Source: Octopus sinensis (Eukaryota). From it: a stretch of 64,000 bases of DNA. Both the position numbers and the translations under genes were made by a program. The stretch covers positions 21,452,001 to 21,516,000 of the forward strand of contig NC_043015.1 of the NCBI RefSeq assembly GCF_006345805.1. Reading direction: 5' to 3'. Below are positions 12,893 through 25,799 of this stretch, piece by piece. The notes beneath the pieces are model-generated. The model was not told the DNA's origin and searched no databases. It was given only the letters and a program-made list of their open reading frames with translations. Within the stretch, counting starts at the first letter, position 1; each line of letters begins with the position of its first letter.

Positions 12893-13659
12893 CCCATATA
12901 TGTAAGTAGAACGTGTGAAATTATTAGGATGAATGTTCCACTTAAGTTTAGTTTGTGTATAATTATCACTAACATGTATTCACTCATTAATTAAATAATT
13001 GTTTGTGGAAAAGATTTTTCCGATCAGACATAACATTAATATTAAATTAATTCTGGTTGGACACATAAATATCAAATATTGGCAATAAAAATCTTAATCG
13101 AACATATACGTTAACCCTCCTCCTGTTTCTTCCATTGTTTTAACCATGTAAAATGTGCTGTAAATAATTCCGTTGTTTCGAAATCGTTCATTACGCAAAA
13201 TTTATTTGCAGTTAATGATTGAAAATTTAAAAATTAGTTTAAATTAAAATTTAATCAGCTTAATTATATTTTAATGATCATCTGACAGATATTTGTTTCA
13301 GTGTATTTTGGTTTTCAAATAAAATAAATGTACTAAAATTTACAACTATTTGCATGATATTTAAAAGATATTAATAACAGCTTTAGTAGGAGTAAAGAAG
13401 AAGAATTGCTATGATCTTAGCACTTTTGGAAAGAGTATTCCTTTATACTACAGAAATCCTAACCTTTATACACTCTTCTGAAGTCATTGTTCGTCGCCAT
13501 ATAACTAAAGATTTATTGGAATATTTCGTAACGACTCATAGCTAAACGTGATATAGTTTTGTATATAATTAGAAGCATGGAGATCTTCCAGCTAATATAT
13601 ACACATACACGCACACACATGCACATAATGCACTCACATACACACACGTATATGTGTGT

Positions 13660-13787
13660 GTGTGTGATAAGACGCTTGCCTTCCAACCACATGGTTCCGG
13701 TTTCAGGTGTATTCTACTATAGATTCGGGTCGACCCAAATCTTGGAGGCGGGGGGGGGCGGTTAAACAGAATTGAAAGAAGCTCGTC

Positions 13788-13790
<3 letters not shown>
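13660..13790 (+). mobile_element. tRNA-derived SINE (OK-like), 5' part
   Basis: cttgccttccaaccacatggttccgg...ttctactatag...gaaagaagctcgtcgtatata, the same family as 22128-22515. Confidence 0.8.
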
Positions 13791-13857
<67 letters not shown>

Positions 13858-13899
13858 ATTATAAAGTTGATGTTTATCAGTTTAAAAAAAATCTCTGCA

Positions 13900-14225
13900 T
13901 TCTCTATGAGTGGGCATTGTAACCATTTGACATTAACCTAGTTTTCCTAATGCTAAATCTGTTTACCAAATAGTAGTAAAAGGAACCTGTAGTGTGACAA
14001 CCATTTTCTCTCTACCTCAATTTCTTTATATGGAACTTTGACATCTATTTCACCCCTAATTCTATAAATAGAACATCTTTCTTGTCTCCTTTCAATTGTT
14101 CATTCTTCTCAAAACCTTCTAGCAGTTCAAAGCAACTAAATATTCTTCAGTCAGTTGATAAACTCCACTACCTTAAATGTTCTTAAAATTTAAATCCACA
14201 TCTTTGTCTATACATCTACCTTCTC
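13900..14225 (-). mobile_element. Possible very old CR1/L2-type LINE 3' remnant
   Basis: The reverse strand gives RIRGEIDVK..., weakly resembling RRLRGDLIEVYK. It is heavily degraded. Confidence 0.3.
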
Positions 14226-14495
14226 TATAATGTTATCACTTGATATGAAAATTATGTATTAATGGAAACCCTCTATTAATGGCTGATGAGTGCTCAGCAT
14301 CTTAAACCTGTTGTAATACTTACAACATTTAATAAAATGATGTAGTGCGAAACGATCGTACCAAATTACCGAAGTTATTCTTGTTGCTTATTTTGATTAT
14401 AATCACCCCATGGATTTATATGGATAACACCATACAAAATTCTGGTGCATCTAAATTAAGTACCATATTCATTTGAATCAAAATTTTGCTGAACT

Positions 14496-14528
<33 letters not shown>

Positions 14529-14693
14529 ATATAGTTCAAAGTAAGATATTCATGTATATTGTTTTGTTCGATTTTCATGTTCCTATTTATATAATTAATA
14601 AATAATATGAAATTGTAATACCTGTAAGTTGATGATCGAAATGAATTTGTTCCTCCATTTTCTTATTTGTATTATATATATATATATATATAT

Positions 14694-14890
14694 AAGGTTA
14701 ATCCAAAAGGGAAAACAGAAAAAACAACAACACGTGGAACAATTACAGTATTATTATTATTAGGCGCTCAGGAAAATGGAAGAAGGAGGGTATGACGTTT
14801 CGAGCGGAGCTCTTCGTCGGAAACATAAGAGAAAGAAAGAAAGATCCCGAGACGGGAGGACAGAGGAAAAAAAATTGCAGGTCTTCTTCA
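14694..14890 (-). mobile_element. Penelope-like element terminal fragment with hammerhead-like core
   Basis: The minus strand reads gtttc-CGACGA-agagctccgctc-GAAAC-gtca (14794-14824), close to CTGANGA-stem-GAAA with a gagc/gctc stem. Confidence 0.6.
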
Positions 14891-14969
14891 CGAGGTCACA
14901 TACTATATATGTATATATACATATATACATATATATGTGTGTGTGTATCTGCGTAAGTATCGTTTGAAT

Positions 14970-15185
14970 ATGGTGTTTGCTACCCACATCACCGCTTGGC
15001 AAACGGTAGTGGTCTGATTATGTCCCTATAACTTCAGTGGTCCGGCAAAAAGACCGATAGAATAAGTGCTAGGCTCAAAAGAATAAGTGCGAAGAGCGAT
15101 TTGTTCCGCTTAAATCAATAAAGGCAATGCTCCAGCATGGCGACTGTCAAATGGTTAAAACAAGTAAAACAATAAAACAATACAA
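14970..15185 (+). mobile_element. SINE 3' half (OK-like)
   Basis: ...gaccgatagaataagt...gctccagcatggcgactgtcaaatggttaaaacaagtaaaac, the tail shared with other copies in the window. Confidence 0.75.
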
Positions 15186-15191
15186 ACATAT

Positions 15192-15242
<51 letters not shown>

Positions 15243-15289
15243 GTATGTATATATAGGTAGGTGTGTATGTATGTATATATACAGAGAGC

Positions 15290-15333
<44 letters not shown>

Positions 15334-15627
15334 TAGCCTGATGCATTCAGATATACATGAATAAGAATCTATACACATATGCATATTCAGATATACCCAA
15401 ACCCATACATATGCCTGCATTTTTGGGTGAAGTACATTTACGAGTATTATGATGGAGTACCATGCTCCTAGAAATAGATGTTAGACGTATAGCATCTCTT
15501 CAATCTTCTCTCTTCTACTCTCTTGTGTAATCTTGATCTATTAATACATGAAGATCTGTATATTTATACTTAAATTTTATCGCGTGAAAATCTTCAGTCT
15601 TCCTGTTTGCACGCATACATATATATG

Positions 15628-15765
<138 letters not shown>

Positions 15766-15897
15766 TATATATATATATGTATATATAGTCAATAATAAAA
15801 GGGTAAGATTAATTAATTATTAATTAATAATTTTACCAAGTAGTGTTAGTATGTAAAAATACCATTTACGGTATATTTAAAACATTACGTTATATAA

Positions 15898-16149
15898 TTA
15901 GGGTTCAGTAAAAAAATTACTTTACCCTACACCGAACTTTTAGAAATAGCAGCCAAAAAATTTAGCTATTTCCTCCACTATAAGAAAAGTCTCCCAGAGA
16001 ATGTATACTCAAATATACCTACGTGAATTATTTTTTAGTATACATTGTCTGGAAGACTTTTCTTATAGTAGAGGAAATAGCTAAATTTTTTGGCTGCCAT
16101 TTCTAAAAGTTCGGTGTGTGGTAAAGTAATTTTTTTTACTGAACCCTAA
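15898..16149. repeat. Long inverted repeat / foldback element (~112-bp arms, 27-bp spacer)
   Basis: ttagggttcagtaaaaaaattacttt...aatgtatact (15898-16009) is a near-perfect reverse complement of agtatacatt...tactgaaccctaa (16037-16149). Confidence 0.92.
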
Positions 16150-16784
16150 TAATATAATGTATGTGTATATATATTGGCCTGCTCGCCTTGCCAGCGGGGT
16201 TGCGTCATTTGAAGGCTAAATTAATGTGAAGCGCATTGTGACCAGCGATGTGTAGCAACATCTGATAGCATGGTCAGTCACGGTGATATATATATATATA
16301 TATATGTGTGTGTATATATATATATTCTATATATAAAACTGAAATGCGTTTTTACCGCTTGGATCGCTTTCAATGCCACTACATCCCGTCCGATTCGCTC
16401 CAAAATTTACAGGGACATGTAGAATGAGGTGACGATGCCCGTGGGCTACCTTAGAGATCCCTATCTTAAAAGGTGTGGTTGCTAGGGGCTATCTTCTTCA
16501 CTCACGCTATTTCCTCCATTCCCCCCTAACTCCCCTTCAGTTATATCTTTGACAATGTCCACTCCCGTTATTTAACGTATCTGTCTTCCTCAACTGACTC
16601 TCGCTATTTCTTCTCTTCCCAGAACGTTTTCACTCACTCTATCTCTTAGCTTCCCATAACTTTAACTTATGTATCTGTCCGCATTCATACAGAGAAACAA
16701 ATATTCCATCGCCATCGCCATCGCATTCTATTGTCTACCTGTCAACGCGCCGATCGACCGACGCTCACGTATGAGAGAGACTCC

Positions 16785-16839
<55 letters not shown>

Positions 16840-17001
16840 TTATATATATATATAATGTGTGCATTATGTGGTCCAATTTTATATTTTATGTATTTTCTAT
16901 ATTATATTTTTATTTTTATGTTTTTGTTTTTTGTTTTTTTACTGTTTAATTTATACGTATATATATAATTTGTATATATAATGCGTGCACACACACACAC
17001 A

Positions 17002-17037
<36 letters not shown>

Positions 17038-18512
17038 GTGTGCATTATGTGGTCGGTCGGTTCAGCTGAAAATATGCACACCTATGTTAAAAGTGCTGGC
17101 AAGTTTGCATGACAACTATTTTGTTCCTCAAATTAAAGGCGTGACCCCTACGACAAAATTCCTCATCTTATAAAATGTGGCCCCAGTAGACCCGAATATC
17201 GACCAAATACAAACAGAACACACCAACGAGCGTTTATATATATGTGTGTGTGTGTGTGTTCTATATATAAATATGTATATATAATGCATATATACAAAGT
17301 GTATATATCTGTATTTATGTATATTAAACTTTTTAATACTTTTTGATTGTTACGTAAAGGGAACTGGTTGCTTCTTTACACTTTTTGGGTGCAACTTGGG
17401 TGCGAGACAGATAATTTTCTCTGTTAATTACGTGACCAACAGGGGTCTAACAGGGGGAAATTATGCCTAAACATGAGCGCAGCGCATGTGAACATCCGAC
17501 GTACTTTGAGTCGGGAGAAGAATTGAGCTGACGCAGACGTGTTGCAAAACAAGGGAGTACACGTGCAGAACAGAGGTGCATGAGTGCAATAGGGCTTGCT
17601 AGGCCGAAATACAGTGTACAGTATTGAATATGCCAGTGATTAATGCAGTAAGGCTGAGGCTGCCAGCCAGTGCTTGAGCTATTATATGCCTCGGTCGTGC
17701 AGGAACAAAAGTGTGGCATGCTGGCGCGTTTTAAGGGACAAACAACTTTCTCTATGTATGCGTGACCGACCTAGGGTCTTACAGAGATGAGTTGTGTTTA
17801 CAAGGGCACATTGAGCATGGAAAACAAACGAGAAAGGCTTGTGTGGCGTATGAATGTGACAGAGATAGCATTTGTGTGTGTATTAACTATGTGTGTTCGT
17901 GTGTGCGACAGAAGTACAAACAAGGTGTATGCGGGCAAAACTAAATACAGCGCATAGGAAAAGTCTCTCAGGGTATTTCAGACAAGATGGAGTTAATTTA
18001 CCAGTTCGTAGTAAAGTACATAATAGCAGTTCGTTCTCTAACAGGATGTTCGGATCACAAGTGCAGATGCCGGTTGAACACATGTCGTGTAGCGGTTGTG
18101 GCTTCAATGCTGTGCCAGGTTACATTGGTATAGAATGTCTCGCAGGTAGTGCTGTGCTGTTAACCTCGGTGAAAATCATAACAGCGTGAAAGCTAAACTT
18201 GAATGAGTGCTATGTACATATTAGTGTTGCTGGAGATGAAGGCGATGGAGATGGAGACGACGTGAAGTTGAAGGACGACGATGGTGATGGCGACGGCAGA
18301 GAAAGGCGACGGCAGAGAAAGGCGACGGCAGAGATGAAGGCGTCGGTGGCGTTGCTGGTGTATGTTAGCGTCGTCATTGGCTGGAGCAGGAACATGACTG
18401 GCTGGTCTGGTCGTCTGTCGCTGGAACTGGAACATGGTTGAGTAAGCTCTGTGTGGATGAAGACTGCGGCGGATTGATTGGTTCAGACTAGGTAGAAACT
18501 AGATTTTAGCTA

Positions 18513-18770
18513 AGTGTTCTATGGTCTATGACCAGAACTCGGGAAACTTGGTTGAGTGTTCTATGGTCTATGACCAGAACTCGGGAAACTTGCTTGATTG
18601 TTCTATGGTCTATGACCAGAACTCGGGAAACTTGGTTGAGTGTTCTATGGTCTGTGACCAGAACTCGGGAAACTTGCTTTACTGTTCTATGGTCTATGAC
18701 CAGAACTCGGGAAACTTGGTTGAGTGTTCTATGGTCTATGACCAGAACACGGGAAAATTGGTTGAGTCCT
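18513..18770 (+). repeat. 42-bp minisatellite, about 6 copies
   Basis: Unit agtgttctatggtctatgaccagaactcgggaaacttggttg. Alternate copies vary (ttgctt versus ttggtt). Confidence 0.95.
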
Positions 18771-19443
18771 CATCTTATAAAATGTAGCCCCAGTAGACCC
18801 AAATGAAATCGGATTATATTAACCAAAATGTGAAAAGGGGTAAAATGGGGCTGGAAGGGGATTAAAATTTAAAGGAACGGGTGTTTAGCAATTCTCTGTT
18901 ACATCAAGCTAAAAAAAATTGCGCCAGCCTTTTAATCGTCAATGTGTTGCCGTCCATGATGAAGAAGTTTTGAATGCTTGCCATGGTGAGTCTACTGTCG
19001 TGAGACAGAATCAATTCAAAACTTGGTGTTTAGGGATTTTCTTTTACATCAAGTTCAAAATATTACGCCAGCCGTTAAACTGTCAATACGTTGCTGTCCG
19101 TCGTTAAGAAATGCCAGCCATGGTGACTCTACTATCCTCAAATTCTATCCCTTCAAACTTTGGTTTCCATTATTTTATTATTTTTATTCAGCTCGCAAGT
19201 TCGTCTGTCCCTTTTAAATGTTAGTGATTTTGCTGTCTGCCTTGAAGCAGACCTTTCCGTTGTTACTGCCTGATATTTATGATTGATCTTTCTAAATATT
19301 TTATTTCTCAACTTACTCAAGATACTTTGTTGTTTATCAATGGGAGAGAGTAAGATAAAGATAGAGAGTAAGAGAAAGCGAGGGAGAGTCCGAGAGAAAG
19401 GAAGAGTAACAGAGTGGGAAAGTGAGAGAGAAAGGAGGGAGAA

Positions 19444-19770
19444 TCATCATCATCATCGTTTAACGTCCGTTTTCCGTGCTAGCACGGGTTGGACAGTTTG
19501 ACCGGGGTCTGAGAAGCCAGGAGGCTGCACCAGGCTCCAGTCTGATCTGGCAGTGTTTCTACAGGTAGATGCCCTTCCTAACGCCAACCACTCTGTGGGC
19601 GTAGTGGGTGCTATTTTTCGTGCCAATGGCACAGGTCCCAGCGGGCTGGCAGCGGCCACGATCGGTTGGTGCTTTTTACGTGCCACCAGCACAGAAGCCA
19701 GTCAAAGCGGCGCTGCAATCCGCCACGTTCGGATGGTGGGTTTTACGTGCTGAAAGGAAGCAACAGAAAG
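19444..19770 (-). mobile_element. RTE-like LINE/SINE 3' end with (GAT)n tail
   Basis: catcatcatcgtttaacgtccgttttcc...gatgcccttcctaacgccaaccac, plus three ~62-bp periodic ggtgctttttacgtgcc units. The clade assignment is from recall. Confidence 0.65.
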
Positions 19771-19817
19771 TAGCAGCCACACTCTTACCCGCGCGTAGAG
19801 CGGGTCACCTTCAGCTA

Positions 19818-19903
<86 letters not shown>

Positions 19904-20623
19904 ATGTATGTATATCAATCAATAAAAAGAAGACAAAGGAAATCCTTTAAGCATCTTAATCATCAGTTACCAATGTGTTCGTACCATCTTCATTTGCAAC
20001 GCCAGTTTACGCCAACATTCTAAACGAAAAGTTACATAATATTTGCGGTTTTAGGCATTGAAGAGGCACTTACTTAGACTGGATCATAAGCATAATTATG
20101 TGTGCAATTCCATCGTTCCACGGAAAAAACATATCCTTCCAATATATAAACATATATACCCACACATATACATACGTATATGTATCCGATCCTTATATTC
20201 TGAATTCCAATCTTTACTAAGTCAGCTTTCCTTTTTATTCTTCTGGGGTTTATAACGAACACTACGAGTTAACTAATTGAGTTGATGACAGAAATTAAAT
20301 CCTCAAAAGCAGACACACCTTGTGTCTATGTTAGAGGCCATTATTGAAAGTGCCACGCCATTCCTACATATTTCATTCGTTGTCCTAGATTTCATTTCCG
20401 AGGATAAAATCTATCTTTTGGCGTTTAAATGTGATCCCTTGCTCCGTTCGTATTGATGCGTGATAACTGACCTTAAGAAATTTAAAGTTGCGATACACAT
20501 AAATATGCATGCACGTATATGAATGTATACACACACACACATACGTACACATATGCTTGTGTGTGTGCCGTTAAGTCTGTACAAATATATATATATATAT
20601 ATATATGTGCATACACACACACA

Positions 20624-20704
<81 letters not shown>

Positions 20705-21374
20705 CATATACATATATATATACCTATATGTATACATATTCACACACATATGCGTATATCTCATACATATTATATGGCTAAAAATCTAGATATGCACATG
20801 TGTGTGCAGTTGCAAATGGGGAAAATGATTGTGTGTATGTGTGTTTCCACCATCTGAGTGTATGCACCATAAAAATATCTTTATGGTAGTCTCAAATTGA
20901 TTTTACTGCAAAGCGCAGAAAAAGGTTCCACATTATCTTACTTTTTTCTCATTCTCATCGCCCACCTCCACAATAAGCCATCACCCCCAACATCATTCCC
21001 CTCCCGTCAGCAACACCACCACCACCACCACCACCTCCACCACTTCTAGCACAAACCCACTTCCACTACCTACGCAGCCTTCGCTAATAAAAATTTTCCA
21101 TATATTATTATTTCCACATATTATTGTACCGTATTAATATTAATATATTTAAGTTGCATTTTGTTAGAGTTAATACTTGTGCTGTTGATGCTACTGCAGC
21201 TGGATGTGTAGTATATTTTTGATTCTTCATCTTCTTCACATTGTTTCGTCTTCAGAGACTTACAATACATCGACTGATATATTACACATAATTGAATCTA
21301 CTTCGGAAATTGGCTGAAATCATATCTAGCAGTAACAATGAGATATATATATACATATATATATATATAATATA

Positions 21375-21443
<69 letters not shown>

Positions 21444-21519
21444 TATATATATATACATATTTATGTATATGTATGTATATATATGTGTGTGTTTGTACGC
21501 GTGTAAACATATATATGTA

Positions 21520-21574
<55 letters not shown>

Positions 21575-21963
21575 CAATATGATATATATATGTTTATATA
21601 TATTATACTATATTATATATATTTGTGTATATGTATTTATGCATACAGAGAAAGACGATGAAAGAATGTGAGTGAGATAAATTTTGCCGTTTATTTATTT
21701 ATATGTATATCTAAGGGGGGTATATTTATATAATCGCGCCATCTACAGACAAATACGTAGACAACTTTGCACGAATTCCAAGTCAATTTCAAAAGAACAG
21801 CATATACCGATTGCGAAAGAAATGGTGCACAATGTCATATCCATGGATTGGTAACACCGCATATACATGAATATACATATAAGCATACACACATATACCA
21901 CAAGAGGTCAACATATTTGCAGTAACATGCATACATACGTTTCTTTTGCTCCTCTTCGATCTT

Positions 21964-22009
<46 letters not shown>

Positions 22010-22127
22010 GCACTCTTTGACTCTTTCTCTCTCTGGCTCGATATATATATACACATACAGGTGGTATATATATATATATATATTATATATATATATATAT
22101 ATATATTTATTATATATATACTTACAA

Positions 22128-22515
22128 CATGTGTGGTAAGTAGCATGTTTCCGGGTCCAGTTCCTTTACGCGGCACCTTGGGCAAGTGTCTTCTACTATA
22201 GCCAGGGCCGACCAAAGCCTTATGACTGGGTTTGGTTGACGGAAACTGAAAGAAGCGTGTCGTATATATATGTTTGTGTGTGTGTGTATGTGTGTGTGTG
22301 ACTATGTATCTGTGTGTGCTTGTGCTTGACCGTCCACCATCTCCTGAAAACCGATGTTGTTGGCCTTACGTTCCCGTAACTTAGTGGTTCGTGAAAAGAA
22401 ATCCATAGAATAAGTGCCAGGCTTATAAAGAATAAGCCTTAGGGTCAATTTATTCGAATAAAGTTGCTTCTCCAGCATGGCCGCAGTCAGATGACTGAAA
22501 CAAATAAAAGAAAAA
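22128..22515 (+). mobile_element. tRNA-derived SINE (OK-like), near full length
   Basis: ggcaccttgggcaagtgtcttctactatagcc core, central (TG)n, tail ccagcatggccgcagtcagatgactgaaacaaataaaag. Confidence 0.9.
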
Positions 22516-22520
22516 AGGCG

Positions 22521-22577
<57 letters not shown>

Positions 22578-22578
<1 letters not shown>

Positions 22579-22955
22579 GAGGCTGAATCAAAAGGTAATG
22601 CCATTTTGTTTAAGACTGGTATAAGTACCAGCACAGGAACATGTATCATACATCAAAATGAACCTCGTCCTCTGTGGATCACATCCCTACTTCTGAACAT
22701 ATTCACCGTTTCTCTCAATAGCAATGTTCAACCTTCGAATGAGAACTTGCCTCTCTGCCCCGTAAAATTCTGTTGACTGTTCTTTGAGCCACTTATTCAC
22801 TACAGGTTTCACTTCTTCGTCACTGGAATAATTTAGCCGTCAGACTATCATCTCTCCGGCCACATGAAAGAGGGTTTGAGAGGCAAACTTTATTCCAGCG
22901 ATGAGGAAGTGAAAACTCTAGTGAGGATTAGGGTTTGGGACGTGGCTCACCCTCG
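22578..22955. mobile_element. Rearranged mariner-family remnant
   Basis: Starts TA|CGAGG and ends ccctcg. The minus strand of 22690-22835 encodes YSSDEEVKPVVNKWLKEQSTEFY...GEYVQK*. The plus strand of 22836-22925 encodes PSDYHLSGHMKEGLRGKLYSSDEEVK, containing the mariner PSDY motif. Confidence 0.8.
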
Positions 22956-23615
22956 TGTATATATATATTATGGAATAATATATGTTTCATATGCTTCATA
23001 GCTAGTTGAACCTCGCAAGCATTAATTGCGCAGACGTGAAGCAGGAGGTTCGATCGAAAATGTTCCTAAAAGTTGTTTTTTACACCTTCTATGGACTCCT
23101 CGAAGCCTACTAACTTCCTACAATTTGTTACCTGGATCCTACCTTTATATATATAATAGCCTAAATGTATAGATAGGCAAAGAACTGTAATCTGTTTAGA
23201 TTATATCATTTATATATCTAATTATTTATACAAAATATACAAAGAAACAAAAGTTTCATGAGTTTAAGGCACAAGTGATCAATGAAATGTCGATGCAGAT
23301 ATCTTCTTAATGATTGTGATAATTTGTTTATATACATATAATGTAACTCCACAGTATTTATATTATATAGCATGGTAAGGCAGGATATGATTGGTAAAAA
23401 GCCAAAATTGCAAAAGAAGGAAGGTGTACACATGTTTTCTTACAGCTGTTACGACATAAATCGAGCTGTTTTTGCAATTCCCTGCAAGTAGTGTGCAACC
23501 AATCCTCAGTTAGGCAGCTATAACATTTCTGCAGCTTTAGCTGCTGGTCAATGAAGTTTACCTTGCAAGTCAAAGTCAATACTAATTGTACGCACTTAAA
23601 ATCTTAACCCGTAAA

Positions 23616-23670
<55 letters not shown>

Positions 23671-23694
23671 CACACACAAACACACACACACACA

Positions 23695-23742
<48 letters not shown>

Positions 23743-24593
23743 TCCATCCATTTCGTGTCTTTTCATTCCGTTAAATTTTGCAAATTTTGCTACCGTCTGG
23801 TTCAGTTTACGTTTGTTAACTAGACCGTCGAAAATAAATACGACCGTATATCTTAATATAACATCGGAACATAACTAACACTTCTTTGACGGTACTCGAA
23901 TCATTCATGGTTCGCTTACTCGATGAATGTTCCCAAAAGCGCCGACAATAAAATTCATTCCAAATATTCGTTTATGGAATCAGATTAATCCAGTAAATGC
24001 TGTCTGACATTTCCCAAGACTACCTGCCTGCAATATATAAAATTGCTTTATTCTGCTAGATTACCTTAATCAATTGTTGTTAGGTAGGCTGCTGTATAAA
24101 ATGTGTTAATAAATATGATATTCGTTGCGTTGATGCACTTCCAAAACAAATGTTATTTTCGGTAGTTTCGCGTGATAAATGTTACCCATATTCAACACTA
24201 ATACAGTCATGTATATACACAAGTACACACGCATAGATACATACCTACGGGTCTCTCCCTCCTCTTTCTCCATGCCTCTCCTTTCTCTCTCCCTCTTCCT
24301 TCTCTCTCTCCTATCTCACTCTGTATGCCTGTTTATATTATATATATATATAGAATATGTATATAATGATATACCATATATATATTTATATATATATATG
24401 GTATTTAATTATGTAGGCGTATAGGTACACATATACACCTTTGTATCTATGTCTATCAACTTATATACTTAACTATCTTTATTATATATATATGTGTGTA
24501 TGTATACACACACATACACACACACACTTATATATCGTATATATCCAAATATGCATACTTCTTTGTATGTAACCATGTATCTAGCTATGTCTA

Positions 24594-24659
<66 letters not shown>

Positions 24660-24660
24660 C

Positions 24661-24707
<47 letters not shown>

Positions 24708-24757
24708 ATTGTTTATGTCTGTCTCTCTATATATATATGTATCTACCTATCTATCTA

Positions 24758-24816
<59 letters not shown>

Positions 24817-25638
24817 GTCTGTCGTTCCATATTAGTTATGTACATACACACACATATTCACTGAATGCTGAGTCAATGCGAAGCGCCACCTGCCGTTTCG
24901 CACTCTGGATAATCAAGCGGCCAATAACTACGTTATGATAGACGTCCTTTTATATTCACTCAGACGTTTGATGTATGAGTATTTATGGAAAACCTTCTAG
25001 CGTTATGTAAATGATAGTTTCCTGTTAGCAATCTGAAATACCGAATAAAATCTTCATCACATCCCAATTTAGATTAATATTAGCCCAAACTACACCATTT
25101 TATTGAATAATTCTTCCCAATTGTTTTCAATCAAAGCAATATAATGTTAAATAACATGAAAAAATGTTTGTATGCGTTTTACGTTTTAAATAGAGTGTGT
25201 GTCTAATGTAGTTATAGTTGTCTAAATCCTTGTCTGAAATTAGACTTACGTATTTTGATAAGGGAAAGTACTTTTCGGATATTATGATATTAGATACAAT
25301 CAGGCTGAAAAAGTGAAGAAAAATAGACACAAATTGCCACATGACACGTGAAAGACATGAAATAATAGTTCAGATCGGCAAGAGAGGGCCCTTAAATCAT
25401 GTACAATTCGTTTCCCATGGCGTATATGGGACAGCGTATTCCTCAATGAATTACAACTGAAATGTCGATATGGTCGTGTCTGGAATTGTTACTATGCTAC
25501 GTGAAACAAACTTTCAATCGTAACGCAGGACCAATGGTAATCTAGCGTTCGCCAACGGCAAAATTAACGGAGTTTGATTCAGATATGGATGTGCGGTTAA
25601 GAAACTGAAGTTTTAGCACAAAGCAAAGAATTCTCTAG

Positions 25639-25799
25639 GTGTGAAGTAAGTCGATTACATCAATCGGAGTGCTAAGCTGGGATTTATTCTATCGAAGACA
25701 AAGTCGAGCCCACCGAAATTTGAATTCAGAACGTTAAGACAGACGAAATGCCGCTAAGCACTTTGTCAAACATTCTAACGATTCTACCAGATCGCCGCA
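25639..25799 (-). mobile_element. tRNA-derived SINE (OR-like), internally deleted
   Basis: ...gaaatttgaattcagaacgttaagacagacgaaatgccgctaagc...ctaacgattctaccagatcgccgc. Confidence 0.8.

Larger units (their letters stand above)
16326..19818 (+). mobile_element. Non-autonomous Helitron-type element with internal cargo and nested insertions (pairing of the two ends is inferred)
   Basis: 5' tctatatataaaactgaaatg at 16326. 3' GC hairpin cccgc-gcgtaga-gcggg about 11 nt before CTAG (19815-19818), followed by T in a (TA)n array. Confidence 0.55.

Noticed and set aside
18521-18806. Repeat ORFs MVYDQNSGNLVECS / MTRTRETWLSVLWS, and a CRISPR-like appearance
   Set aside because: This is a 42-bp tandem minisatellite with no unique spacers and no cas genes, in a eukaryotic context. 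A unit length divisible by 3 explains the open frames.
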